Assembly (NCBI GenBank): GCA_963745235.1
Contig: CAVUXE010000054.1
Coordinates: forward strand, 32,001-96,000
Source: an uncultured Spirochaetota bacterium
GTDB taxonomy: Bacteria > Spirochaetota > Spirochaetia > SZUA-6 > Fen-1364
DNA: 64,000 nucleotides
Reading direction: 5' to 3'
Shown here: positions 29,428 through 40,194 of the stretch, piece by piece
Position numbering within the stretch: position 1 is the stretch's first letter
How the letters are laid out: each line of letters starts with the position of its first letter
Translations under genes and position numbers: made by a program
Notes under the pieces: generated by a model
What the model was told of the DNA's origin: nothing
What the model saw: only the letters and a program-made list of their open reading frames with translations
Databases searched by the model: none

Positions 29428-30247
29428 ATGGCTATAAAGAGCGAGTGGGTGAGGTATGGGGACCAAGTCGGCTACCTGGCCGTGCCGGAGCTGGCGGCAA
29501 CGCCTTTGCCGAGCATCGTGGTCATCCAGGAGATCGTCGGGGTGGATGAGCACATCGAGGACGTGACGCGCCGCGTGGCCGCGGCGGGATATGTCGCGCT
29601 TGCGCCGGACCTCTTCTCGGTGAATGGTGAAAGGCCCCCGGCCCTCACCCGGGAGAGGGTCCGGAAAGCCATGGGCTTCATGCGCACCCTGCCCCCAACC
29701 GCCTTCGCAGACGCGGCGCTGAGGGAGGCGGAGCTTGCGAAGCTGGCGCAGGCCGAACGCCAACCCCTCGGTGAGAGCCTGGGACAGCTCATGGGCTCGA
29801 CCGCTCCCGCGAGGATGGCGGGGATGATCGGTCAGCTGCGAAGCGCCGTGCGCTACCTGCGGTCCGAGCGCCCCGAGTGCAGGCAACAGCCGGTGGGGTG
29901 CGTCGGGTTCTGCATGGGCGGCGGGCTCTCGGCGCTCCTCGCCTGTGAGGAGCCCGACATAGCGGCGTGCGCCGTTTTCTACGGAAACACTCCCCCGGCG
30001 GAAAAGATCGCCGCAATCAAGTCCCCGGTTATCGCGTTCTACGGAGAGCTGGATCAACGGGTGAATGCGCGGAATTCCCGCATTCGAAGAGGCAATGCGC
30101 AAAGGCGGGAGGTCCTTCGAGCACCATATCTACCCGGGAGCCGCTCACGCCTTTTTCAACGACGGCGGCCCGAGGTACAACGTTGCCGCTGCTCGTGACG
30201 CTTTTGCGCGCCTTCTCATGTTCTTTGCCGGGAATCTCTCGGGGTAG
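29428..30247 (+). CDS. dienelactone hydrolase family, apparent frameshift near 30068
   Basis: VIQEIVG, GYVALAPDL, GFCMGG nucleophile; the second frame has YPGAAHAFFND. Confidence 0.88.
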
Positions 30248-30256
30248 GCTTTCCGC

Positions 30257-31412
30257 GTGAGCACCGAATGCCTCGTGATGGCCAAGCCCGCCGGCCCGGG
30301 CTGCAACATGCGCTGCGGCTACTGCTACTACCTGGGCAAAGCCGCTCTTTTCCCGCCGGGGCCATGGCGCATGCCGGAGGACCTGCTGGAGCGCTTCATA
30401 GCACAGCGCCTGGAGGCCTCTCCTGGTCCCACGACCCATTTCGAATGGCACGGCGGTGAGCCGACGATCCTCGGGCTGGATTATTTCCGCCATATCGTTC
30501 GCCTTCAGAACGCTCATCGCCCGTCGGGCCGGAGGGTGTCCAATGGCATCCAGACCAACGGCCTGCTCCTTGACGAGGCCTGGGCGAAGTTCTTGAAGGA
30601 GGAAGGCTTCTCAGTCGGGCTGAGCCTGGATGGGCCTGCAGACCTTCATGACGTGTTTCGAAGGACCGCCGCTGCCGGCGCGGGCGGCAACACTCATGCG
30701 CGGGTGGCCGCCGCTTTCCAGCTTCTCAAGAGGCACGGCGTATTCTGCAACGTCCTCTGCGTCCTTCACGCGGAGAACGCCGCGGAGCCCGACCGGGTGT
30801 ATGACTTCTTTCGAGCACTGGGAGTGAAGTACCTCCAGTTCCTGCCCCTGGTGGTCCCCACTCCACGAGGCGGCGTGAGCGCGCCCACCGCGTCCCCCGG
30901 CGCCATCGGGGCTTTCCTGTGCCGCATATTCGACAGGTGGCTGCAGAACGACGTGGGGCGCGTTGTGATCCAGGCCTTCGACGAGGCGCTGCGTCCGATC
31001 TACGGGGTCCCGCATGCCTTGTGCATTCACCGCGAGACCTGCGGAGACGTCGCCGTGCTGGAGCATGACGGCGGGCTCTACATGTGCGATCACTACGTTG
31101 ACGCCGACGCACTTCCTGGGCAACCTGAGAGAGCGGCCGCTGTCAGAGATGGTGGCTGATCCCGCCATGAGGCGCTTCGGCCAGGCCAGGCGGGACGCGC
31201 TGCCCCGCGCGTGTCGGGAGTGCGACGTGCTTGCATCCTGCAACGGCGGCTGCCCGAAGGACCGCATTGCCGTTGCCCCTGACGGTGAAGCCGGCCTGAG
31301 CTACCTCTGCCCGGCGTACCGGATGTTCTTTCGTCACAGCCGGCCCGGCCTGGAGCGCCTGGCCCGGCACATGAAGCTCGGCAAGTCTCTCCGGTCCTTC
31401 GCTGCGGCATGA
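30257..31412 (+). CDS. anaerobic sulfatase maturase-like radical SAM/SPASM protein, apparent frameshift near 31108
   Basis: CNMRCGYC, WHGGEPT, QTNG, SLDG, CIHRETC, YMCDHY; the second frame has CRECDVLASCNGGCPKDR and YLCPAY. Confidence 0.9.
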
Positions 31413-31434
31413 CAAGGGCTGGCGGGAGCAGGCA

Positions 31435-31773
31435 TCAACCGGGACCGAGCACCTGCGCAATCCTCAACTCGCCGTCACCCATGCACCTTCGAAGCTTCGT
31501 CACCCAATCGATGGCCTGCTGATTGGAGTCCACCCTGATGAGCGTGAAGCCCGGGATGAGCTCCTTGCCCTCCATGAACGGGCCGTCCGTGATCGACACC
31601 TTTCCATTGCTGAGCTTCAGGTGGGTTGTTTTGGGAGCGAGCTGGCCAGTCGCGACAATCACGCCCGACCGGGTACCTTCCTCCATGAGCTTCATCATCT
31701 CCGCCATACCCTCGGGGGAAGGTGGTGTTCTCCGTGCACCCTCCTCCGCGGTGAAATAGACAAAGAACTGCAT
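31435..31773 (-). CDS. YciI/DGPF-domain protein
   Basis: ITDGPFMEGKELIPGFTLI motif; GAGAGGAG RBS. Confidence 0.85.
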   Translation of the reverse strand: MQFFVYFTAEEGARRTPPSPEGMAEMMKLMEEGTRSGVIVATGQLAPKTTHLKLSNGKVSITDGPFMEGKELIPGFTLIRVDSNQQAIDWVTKLRRCMGDGELRIAQVLGPG

Positions 31774-31942
31774 CTGATTCTCTCCTCTCACACGTAGTCG
31801 AACGACTGGCGCCGAAAGGGACATAGGCTGATGGCGGCTTCTCCAGAACATACAAGCGTCGAGCGACGGAAACAATGTCAGGTTGTCGTGAGTTGGCCGT
31901 GATGCTTCCCAATCGTTATTCTCAACTCGTGAGGAAAATGAC

Positions 31943-32941
31943 ATGGGAACGATAGGCATCTATGGATTCGGCAGGATTGGCAGGACCTTGCTTCGCAACG
32001 CGCTGGAGCGAAAGCTCTTTGCGCCGACTCACATCGCCGACATCAAGGATCCCGCGACAATGGCCGCGCTGTTCGAAGTTGACACCAACTACGGCCGTTG
32101 GCCGGAGCCTGTGTCCTTCGGCGAGGGCAGTTTTCGCATCGGAGATCGGCGAATCGCCTTCATTGACACGAAGGCTTCTGTGCCCGACTGGGGATCACTC
32201 GGCGTCGACGTGGTGGTGGATTGTTCCGGGCGGGCCACCCGACGGGAGAACGCGCAGCTTCACGTGAATCGAGGCGCCAGGAAGGTCCTTGTCAGCGCTG
32301 GGAGCAAATCCCTCTCCGACTGCGATGCTGTTCTTCTTCCTGGCATCAACCTCGACGCCTATGACGCGAAGAAGCACCACATCATCAGCATGGGGAGCTG
32401 CACGACCAACGCGCTTGCACCCGTGGTCAAGATCATACGGGAGAACCTCGGCATCGCGAGCGGGTTCTTCGCGACCGTCCACTCCTACACGAACACCCAG
32501 TCGCTCACCGATCAGCCCATGGCGGATCGGCGCGATTCCTGGGCCGCGGCGGAAAACATCATTCCCAGCTCTTCCGGCGCGGCGAAGGTCCTGCTTTTCA
32601 TCTGGCCGGATCTCAAGGTCACCGGAAAAGCGTACCGGGTGCCCACGCGAACCGGAAGCATTGTCGAGCTGGTGGCCAGCGTCGAACGCGCGACAGATGC
32701 CGAATCACTGAGGGAGATTTTTCGCCGGGCCGCAGGCTCACCGGCGCTTCAGGGGATTCTCGGCGTCCTGGAGGATGAATACGCTTCGTCGCGAATCGTG
32801 GGAGATACCCGCTCGTCCATCGTTGACCTTCCATTGATCGGGGTGATGGGTGACCGCATGGTCTCGGTTGCAGCCTGGTATGACAACGAGTACGGCTTCT
32901 GCAGCCGCCTTGCCGAGACCGCGCGACTCCTGGCCGGCTGA
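31943..32941 (+). CDS. divergent type I glyceraldehyde-3-phosphate dehydrogenase family protein
   Basis: GFGRIGR, SCTTN catalytic Cys, TVHSYT, RVPT, WYDNEYG. Confidence 0.88.
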   Translation: MGTIGIYGFGRIGRTLLRNALERKLFAPTHIADIKDPATMAALFEVDTNYGRWPEPVSFGEGSFRIGDRRIAFIDTKASVPDWGSLGVDVVVDCSGRATRRENAQLHVNRGARKVLVSAGSKSLSDCDAVLLPGINLDAYDAKKHHIISMGSCTTNALAPVVKIIRENLGIASGFFATVHSYTNTQSLTDQPMADRRDSWAAAENIIPSSSGAAKVLLFIWPDLKVTGKAYRVPTRTGSIVELVASVERATDAESLREIFRRAAGSPALQGILGVLEDEYASSRIVGDTRSSIVDLPLIGVMGDRMVSVAAWYDNEYGFCSRLAETARLLAG

Positions 32942-33168
32942 CCTTGGCGCGCTGTGCCCTCTCATGCGCCGTGATGCCTCGTTCCCCGGTACAAAGAATC
33001 CACGCACTCCGAAAGGAAGGCCTCGAGCTCGATCCGAAACGGCGCAAGCGTCGTGTCGGATCTGATCACGGCTTCCACGTTGCCAGCCTCCCTGTCCTTC
33101 GACGCGCGCAGGGCGAAGTCTCGAAACTGAATATATTCTGACTCGGAGTCATTACCAAGGAGGCTCTT

Positions 33169-33951
33169 GTGGCGGCTGACATAAAGGGGAAGTGGGCGCT
33201 CGTGACAGGGGCATCCTCAGGGATCGGGGCGGAGCTGTCCCGCGAGCTGGCGGCTCGAGGCGCGAACCTCATCCTGGTTGCGCGCAGGCGAGACGCACTG
33301 GATGCCCTTGCCGGGGAGCTCACGGAGAAAGGGGTCCAGGTCAGGGTGGAGGCGGCGGACCTCGCCAAACCGGGCGAGCCCGAACGTCTCTTCGAGACCC
33401 TGCGCTCTACCGGCATCAGTGTCTCTCTCCTTGCAAACAACGCCGGCTTTGGGGCGTATGGACCTTTCGATTCTATTGATGCCGCAACCGAGGAGTCCAT
33501 GCTGGATGTGGATGTGAAGGCGCTCGCGCGGATGACGAGGGTCTTTGTGGGTCCCATGAGGGCGGCCGGCTTCGGCAGGATCCTGCTCACCGCCTCAACC
33601 GGAGCCTACCAGCCCACGCCGCTTTACGCTACCTACAGCGCCGCGAAGGCGTTCGTGCTCAGCTACGGCTACGCGATACGGCGCGAGCTTCGCGGCTCCG
33701 GCGTCACGGTGACCGTGCTTTCCCCCGGCGTCACGCGGACCGATTTTCACCGTCTTTCCGGGCTGGAAACGAACCCCTTCAAGCGAATCACGATGATGGA
33801 GATCTCCCCTGTTGCAAAGGCCGCAGTCCGGGCCCTCCTGCGCGGCAGGGCTGAGCTGGTCCCCGGGTTCCTCAACAAGGCGATGGTGTTCTTCGTCGGC
33901 TTTCTTCCGCGAGCCGCTCAGGCGGCATTGGCGGAATCCATGATGAAATAA
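33169..33951 (+). CDS. short-chain dehydrogenase/reductase
   Basis: TGASSGIG, NNAGFG, YSAAK. Confidence 0.92.
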   Translation: MAADIKGKWALVTGASSGIGAELSRELAARGANLILVARRRDALDALAGELTEKGVQVRVEAADLAKPGEPERLFETLRSTGISVSLLANNAGFGAYGPFDSIDAATEESMLDVDVKALARMTRVFVGPMRAAGFGRILLTASTGAYQPTPLYATYSAAKAFVLSYGYAIRRELRGSGVTVTVLSPGVTRTDFHRLSGLETNPFKRITMMEISPVAKAAVRALLRGRAELVPGFLNKAMVFFVGFLPRAAQAALAESMMK

Positions 33952-33989
33952 AAAGACTTTACTCCGCGGAATTCCATGATATACTCAAC

Positions 33990-34024
33990 TTCTAAATAGC
34001 GAAACAGACTTCCGCATAGTCGAA
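33990..34024 (+). promoter_or_regulatory. tandem operator-like site (IclR candidate) upstream of the aminotransferase operon
   Basis: TTCTAAATAGCGAAA-cagac-TTCCGCATAGTCGAA just downstream of a TGaTATACT -10 box; second copy at 45388-45422. Confidence 0.65.
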
Positions 34025-34045
34025 AAGAATGTCCGGAGGGAATCC

Positions 34046-35217
34046 GTGAAGCCTTTGACCCTTATGGTCCCCGGTCCTGTCCAGGTAAGCACGCCCGTCT
34101 TGAACCGCATGGCGGCAACGCAGGTGCCCCACTATGGGGAAGAGGCCATTGGGGCCTACAACGCGTGTATCGAGCGCCTGCGGCCCCTGTTCGGCCTCGG
34201 AGACAGCGGAAACATCTACATCTTCCCCGGCTCGGGGAGCATCGCAAACGAGGTCTGCTCCGCCACGTTCATCCGCCCGGGGGATGAGGTCATCGTGGCC
34301 ACCAACGGCACCTTCGGCGAAAGGGTGAGGGACCAGGCGGCCTCCTACGGCGCGCAGATCGTTCACGTGAAGGCTGATGAGGGAAAGCCGGTGACCGCGG
34401 ACATGATCGAGGATGCCGTCCGCGCCCATCCGGGCGTCTCGCTGATCATGGCCGTCCACCTCGAGACATCCACCGGCGTCCTCAATCCCATCCAGGCCAT
34501 TGGCGCAGTTGCGGGCAGGCACCGCATTCCGTTTTGCAGTTGATGCGGTTTCTTCCTTCGGGACAGAAAGAATCGACATGGAGAAGTGGAACATCTCCAT
34601 TTGCGCCACAGCCACCCAGAAGGGGCTGGAGTCTCCGCCGGGCCTGGGCATCGCCGCGGTGAGCAGGGCAGGCTGGGAGATTCTCCTCGATCGCAAAACC
34701 ACCGGAACCGGCTGGTTCCTGAACCTCCTTCTATGGAAGAAAGTGCAGGAAGGCAAGGAGATCCGCAAGGGAGTCGTTTATCCCCTGCCCGGTGACCATG
34801 CCTGTGAACAATGTCTACGCCCTCCTGGAGAGCCTGGAAGAGATTGGAAGGGAGGGGTGGGAGGCGCGGCTCCTGCGTCACCAGAGAATGGCGCAGGCCG
34901 TGCGCCAGGGGATGCAGTGCATGGGCTTTCAGCTCTTCCCTGAGGAAGGCTGCTGCGCTAATGCAGTCACCTCCGTCCGCAACAATCTCCCCATCCAGGT
35001 CTCCGAGCTCATCGGTTTTCTCAAGGATTTCGTTCACACCGAGATCAGCAACGGGCTCTTCGAGCTGTACAACAAGCTGATCAGGATAGGCCATATCGGG
35101 CAGACCGCGGAACGGGAGCACGTCGTGCCGGTTCTTTTCGGGATCGAGCATTTCCTGAGGAAAAAAGGCGTGAACCTTGCGCTGGGTTCGAGCCTTGTGG
35201 GCATTGAACGACTCTGA
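34046..35217 (+). CDS. class V aminotransferase (alanine-glyoxylate/serine-pyruvate type), apparent frameshifts near 34535 and 34790
   Basis: LMVPGPV, NGTFGER, VHLETSTGVLNP; middle frame VDAVSS, TATQKGLESPPGL (PLP Lys); last frame IRIGHIG. Confidence 0.88.
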
Positions 35218-35708
35218 AAACCGTTTCAAGGAGGTGTGGCATGAAGAAACGAATCCTGGCACTGGCGCTCGTTCTCCTGTGCCTCGGAGGGATGGCGTTC
35301 GCCGCGGGCGACGCTCCGGTGAGGGTGATCATCATCCCCCCCGCCCGGTTGACCCCTGGCTATCTGGGTGATGGAGCCGGGGCCATTTTCGCCAGCTTCG
35401 TGTATGACTGGCTGTTCAGGATCAACGGGCAGACCGGCAAGGTCGAGCCGTCCCTCGTTGAATCCTACACGATGTCACCTGATGCGAAGGTGTGGACCAT
35501 GAAGCTCCGCAAGGGGGTCAAGTTCCATCACGGCACCGTCTTCACCGCGGATGACGTCACCTATACGGTCAACAGGTGGCTGGACAAGAAGCTCGGGATG
35601 GTCCCCAACGGGGTGTTTGGAAGCCTCATCCAGAAGGTCGAGAAAGTGGACCCCTACACCGTCAGGTTCACCCTGACCCAGACGGACGTCGACTTCAACC
35701 TGAAGCTG

Positions 35709-37198
35709 GGGAGCGATTTCAATAAGTAGGTAGATTTACGCTGCCCGGTCCAGCGTGGCCAGGAAATCCTGCAGATGGCGGCCGCTTGCAATGGAGCTGC
35801 GGATCTGCAGCATCCCGTCTGCCCCTGTCTCCGACCACGTCATGCCTCCCTGCTTCATTCGGCCCGCGATGACGTTCTTACAGGCACTCTCGATGGTGCC
35901 GCTGCCAATGGGAAGGCGGGCACCACGGTAGACGTCATACTGCATCCTTTCTTTGTTGTCGGTGAAATAGTCGATCTGCCCTTGGATGAGGTCGCGGTAG
36001 TCCCTGTGCTCAACCATGTCACGAATCACATGCAATTCTTGGAGGAACGTCTCGACTTTTCCTTCCCAGAGGGTGGTTTTCCAAGCTTTGAAATGTTTCC
36101 AGTACTCGGGAGTCTGTTCGCCATAGAGTTTCTTGCACAGCTCCGAGACGTGCTCGCAGGCGTGATAGAAATCCAGAATGAAGGTGCTGTTGGGCGGAGC
36201 AAGCTCAACGAAACGATCCCAGATCCACTTCGCCCCATCAGCCAGGAACACCAGCCGCGTCTTTTTCACATCCTCCGCTCGGCGTTGCACCTCCACCGTC
36301 AAGCGCTTGAAGAACTCATCGGCGTGTTCGATGCCGCTGACGTAGCTGCTGGCTGTGCAAAACGCCTCCTGCTGCTTTTCGTCCCAGCCAATCGAGGAGA
36401 CCGCCCCCACCTTCACATCGCGCCACACGGTCGGGCAAGTTCTTTTGCCATCAACACTTCGCTCTTCCTCTCCTCGCTGGCGAAGCTTCGTGGCATCCAC
36501 CGACACTGCCATCCGCTCCTTGATCACATTCTCTTTGGCTATGAGCTGCCTCTTGTCGAAGACCTGCGCGATCTCCTCTTGTCGCAGCCCCTCCAGACGC
36601 TCGCCCAACTCTGCGTCCATGTCCAAGGACTTCCTCAAGGAGATCAGCTCCGTTGCATCAGGGCGAAAGATCTCGTGAAACCGATCCAGGCTCTTTTGAT
36701 AGGCCTCCCGCCCTGTAAAGGAGGAGAGAAAGTACTGGCAGCCGGGAGTGTGTCGCATCTGGATTCCCAGTTTCTCATCCTGGGGAAAGTATCCCCCACC
36801 GCCTTCTTGCTTACTGAAGTAGTAGGCTCGCCGGTATTCGACCATCCCGAATAGTCCGTGAAGACTGGTCCTGCGGTAGCCTACGAACTTGTACTTCCGA
36901 GCGTCTTTGCGAATGACGGCTCCCTCATAGCCCGTGTCCAACTGCTCGAAGACGGCGCCCATGGTTGCGCGTCCCAGTCTCATGAGGAACTCCAGAAGGT
37001 TCTTCTCGGTCAGAAACATGTCGCTGCTGTCGGTGATCTTCAGCCCATATGCTGCCTTGAAGTTTTCAAGGATTTGCGTTACCAGAGAATCCATTGTCCT
37101 TTCCCTCCCAGCTTCGAGATTTTTGCCAGTGGTAGTTTACCACGCGCTGGGAGGGACCTTTCTAGCCCCAAAACTACCAACAGCCGGAATTTGCACCC
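35709..37198 (-). mobile_element. insertion sequence, prokaryotic Mutator-like (ISKra4/ISLre2 group), 1490 bp
   Basis: Imperfect terminal IRs (GGGAGCGATTTC.. and GGGTGCAAATTC.., 18/28 matches); flanking direct repeat CTGAAGCTG at 35700-35708 and 37199-37207. Confidence 0.92.
35736..37094 (-). CDS. DDE transposase (ISKra4/ISLre2-like)
   Basis: VSVDA, LADGAKWIW, ILDFYHACEH, RMQY, IGSGTIESACK, RMK..GM.W. Confidence 0.92.
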   Translation of the reverse strand: MDSLVTQILENFKAAYGLKITDSSDMFLTEKNLLEFLMRLGRATMGAVFEQLDTGYEGAVIRKDARKYKFVGYRRTSLHGLFGMVEYRRAYYFSKQEGGGGYFPQDEKLGIQMRHTPGCQYFLSSFTGREAYQKSLDRFHEIFRPDATELISLRKSLDMDAELGERLEGLRQEEIAQVFDKRQLIAKENVIKERMAVSVDATKLRQRGEEERSVDGKRTCPTVWRDVKVGAVSSIGWDEKQQEAFCTASSYVSGIEHADEFFKRLTVEVQRRAEDVKKTRLVFLADGAKWIWDRFVELAPPNSTFILDFYHACEHVSELCKKLYGEQTPEYWKHFKAWKTTLWEGKVETFLQELHVIRDMVEHRDYRDLIQGQIDYFTDNKERMQYDVYRGARLPIGSGTIESACKNVIAGRMKQGGMTWSETGADGMLQIRSSIASGRHLQDFLATLDRAA

Positions 37199-38271
37199 CT
37201 GAAGCTGCTGGACTACAACACGCCCATGCTCGCGCACGACTATGACAATGACAAGCTCGGAGAGACAAAGCCCTCCGGCACGGGCGCCTACCAGGTCGAG
37301 ACCCTCGTTCCCAAGGAAAGGGTCGTCTTCAAGGCGAACACGAGCTACTGGGTGAACGGGGCTCCGGGCCTGGACAGGATAGAGCTCCTCTTCATCCCTG
37401 ACACAGAGACCGAGATCAAGATGATGGAGTCCGGCCAGGCGGATGTCGTCACCGACATCAGCGTGGACCAGTACAAGAGACTCAACGCGAACCCCGCTAC
37501 CACGGGCCTGTACATAAAGCTGGGGCACCATGTCCCCATCTCCATGAGGACCGACATTCCTCCCTTCAACGACCCGAAAGTCCGCATGGCAATGAAGCTG
37601 GTTGTCGACAGGCAGAAGATGCTGGACACCGTCATGTTCGGCATGGGGTCCCTGGGAAATGATTCCCCCATTGCCCCCTTCCATCCCTACTATGACGACC
37701 TGGGCGGAATCAGGCAGAGGGACATCGGGAAGGCCAAGGCCCTCCTTGCGCAGGCGGGGTACACCGACAAGAACCCCCTGAGCGTCACGTTGTATTGCAG
37801 CTCGAACACCCCGCCGGAGCTGGATGTCGCGCTGGCCTTCCAGCAGATGGCGAAGGACGCCGGCATTGACGTCGAGATCAGCACCTCACCCCGGGATGTC
37901 TACTATGCCAAGCACTGGCTGAAGGAGACCCTGACCGCCACCCTGTGGGGCCACAGGGAGGACGTGACCCAGCTCCTGAGGCTTGCCTACATGAGCGGCG
38001 GCCCGTGGAACGAGGGGCACTACGCCAACCCGGAGCTGGACAAGAACATTCAGCTTGCCACCTCCACAACGGACACCGCGAAGCGCAAGGAATACTTCAA
38101 GAACATCCAGCAGATCCTGGCGGATGACGGTCCTTCAATCATTTCCTTCTTCCAGCCCTACTTCGGGGCTACGTCGAAGCGGATCAAGGACTTCTATCTC
38201 ACCCGCAACTGGATCAACGACTACCGCTTCATGAAGCTCGCGGCGCCGCAGTAGAGCGCCATCTCCGCCAC

Positions 38272-38305
38272 GGCTCCTCCCGGCCCTCGCGGGTCGGGAG
38301 GAGCC
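38272..38305 (+). terminator. intercistronic stem-loop after the SBP gene
   Basis: 15-bp stem GGCTCCTCCCGGCCC / GGGTCGGGAGGAGCC (one G-U pair), 4-nt loop, short TCTTT tail. Confidence 0.7.
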
Positions 38306-38322
38306 TCTTTCGAGGACACGGG

Positions 38323-39267
38323 ATGATACGGTACGGCTTGAAAAGACTCGGTCTCATTCTCGTCTCTCTTTTCGTCGCCTCCATCATCATCTTCCTCATC
38401 ACCGAGATCATTCCCGGAGACGTTGCGCAGATGATCCTCGGTCAGAACGTCACCCCTGATGCCCTGGCCGCCCTGCGTGAGCGCCTTGGCCTGATGAACC
38501 CGCCCGCCGTCCGGTACCTGCACTGGATCGGTGGGGTCCTGCAGGGCAACCTGGGAGACTCCCTGTCCATGCAGGGCGTGGGCATCGCGGACCTCATTGC
38601 CCGACGAGGGCTGAACTCGCTCTTCCTCGCCGCCGCCTCCACCATCCTGCTGGTCCCTCTCTCACTGTTCATGGGCGTGATTGCCGGGCTGAAGGAAGAC
38701 AAATGGCCTGACAGCGTGATCTCCACCCTTTCCCTGATCGCCATTTCCCTTCCGGAGTTCATCTCAGGCACTTTCCTCATGCTCGTGTTCAGTGTGTGGC
38801 TGAGGTGGCTGCCGGCTGCAAGCGCAATCAATTCGGATGTGAGCCTCTTCCGACAGCTCCCCCTGCTGGTCCTCCCCATCGTCACCGTGTCCCTGGTCCT
38901 CCTGGGGTACGTTGCGCGCATGGTCCGCGCAAGCGTCATAGAAGCCTCGCGGTCTCCCTACGCGCGGAGCGCCATCCTCAAGGGGCTGCCGCCTTTCCTC
39001 GTGAACAGGAGGCACATCCTCAGGAACGCGCTTCTTCCGTCGGTCACCATCATCGCGATGAACATCGGCTGGCTGTTCGGGGGCATCATCATCGTGGAAT
39101 CCGTCTTCGGCTTCCCGGGATTGGGAAGCCTCGTCCTCTTTGCCATTCAGCAGCGGGACGTGCCTCTCATCGAGGACGTCGTCCTCCTGATGGCCGCGGC
39201 ATACCTTGTCCTGAACCTGCTTGCTGACGTCGTCTATGCGCTGCTCAATCCGAGGATCAGGTACTGA
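38323..39267 (+). CDS. peptide/nickel ABC permease (DppB-like)
   Basis: IPGDVA, GNLGDS, YARSAILKGL, HILRNALLP, ESVFGFPGLG, LNPRIRY. Confidence 0.92.
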   Translation: MIRYGLKRLGLILVSLFVASIIIFLITEIIPGDVAQMILGQNVTPDALAALRERLGLMNPPAVRYLHWIGGVLQGNLGDSLSMQGVGIADLIARRGLNSLFLAAASTILLVPLSLFMGVIAGLKEDKWPDSVISTLSLIAISLPEFISGTFLMLVFSVWLRWLPAASAINSDVSLFRQLPLLVLPIVTVSLVLLGYVARMVRASVIEASRSPYARSAILKGLPPFLVNRRHILRNALLPSVTIIAMNIGWLFGGIIIVESVFGFPGLGSLVLFAIQQRDVPLIEDVVLLMAAAYLVLNLLADVVYALLNPRIRY

Positions 39268-39269
39268 CA

Positions 39270-40193
39270 ATGAGCACGGCACGCCCCGCCCGTGACGCAT
39301 CCTGTCCCGAGAACGAGGAGCCGAGGCTCCAGCAGATTGTCGGCGCCGTGGGGAGGACCCTGCGGTCGTTCGCGGACACGGTGCGTCGCCTGTGCGCTTC
39401 CCGTGCCGCGCTCATCAGCATGATCATCCTGGTCTTCTGGCTCCTCATGTCCGTCATGGGGCCCGCCATTGCCCCCTATGATTCGGCAAAGCACAACCTG
39501 GCGGACCGGTTCACGGGTCCGTCCCTCCAGCACCTGTGCGGCACCGACCGGTTCGGGCGTGACGAGTTCAGCAGGATCATCCTGGGAAGCCGCACGGTCT
39601 TCCTGCTTGCCGCTTCCTCCACCCTGGTAAGCCTTCTCATCGGCACCTCCGTGGGGCTGGCCTCGGGATATGCGGGCGGGACCGTGGATGAGGTCATCAT
39701 GAGGTTCACCGACATCCTCATGTCATTCCCGTCGCTCCTGTTCGCCATGCTCATGCTGGGCATCATGGGTCCAACGTTCATCGGGGTCGTCATCGTCATC
39801 GCAATCGTGTTCTTTCCCCGAATAGCCCGGGTGGTCAGGAGCGTGGTCCTGGACCTCAAGACGAAAGAGTTCGTGGAAGCCGCCAAGGTGCGGGGGGAGA
39901 GCGGCTTCTACATCATGTTCGTGGAGATACTTCCCAACACCCTTGGCCCTCTTGGCGTGGAGGCGGCGGTGAGGTTCGGGTATGCCATCTTCACCAGCGC
40001 CTCCCTGGGGTTTCTCGGGCTCGGCGTCCAGCCGCCCACCCCGGACTGGGGGCTCATGATGAGCGATGCGCAGGCGTACGTGACAACGGCGCCGTGGATG
40101 GCCATCTTTCCCGCCCTTGCAATCGCCAGCCTCACCGTGGCAGTGAACTTCCTGAGCGACGCCATCCGGAAGCTGGAAAGCGGTGACCTGTAA
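39270..40193 (+). CDS. peptide/nickel ABC permease (DppC-like)
   Basis: HLCGTDRFGRD, EFVEAAKVRG, LGFLGLGVQPPTPDWG. Confidence 0.92.
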   Translation: MSTARPARDASCPENEEPRLQQIVGAVGRTLRSFADTVRRLCASRAALISMIILVFWLLMSVMGPAIAPYDSAKHNLADRFTGPSLQHLCGTDRFGRDEFSRIILGSRTVFLLAASSTLVSLLIGTSVGLASGYAGGTVDEVIMRFTDILMSFPSLLFAMLMLGIMGPTFIGVVIVIAIVFFPRIARVVRSVVLDLKTKEFVEAAKVRGESGFYIMFVEILPNTLGPLGVEAAVRFGYAIFTSASLGFLGLGVQPPTPDWGLMMSDAQAYVTTAPWMAIFPALAIASLTVAVNFLSDAIRKLESGDL

Positions 40194-40194
40194 C

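Larger units (their letters stand above)
35241..38254 (+). pseudogene. family-5 ABC substrate-binding protein interrupted by an IS
   Basis: 35241-35708 (signal peptide, LRKGVKFHHG) joins in frame with 37208-38254 (GTGAY, PFNDPKVR) to give 504 aa once the IS and one target copy are removed. Confidence 0.92.
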
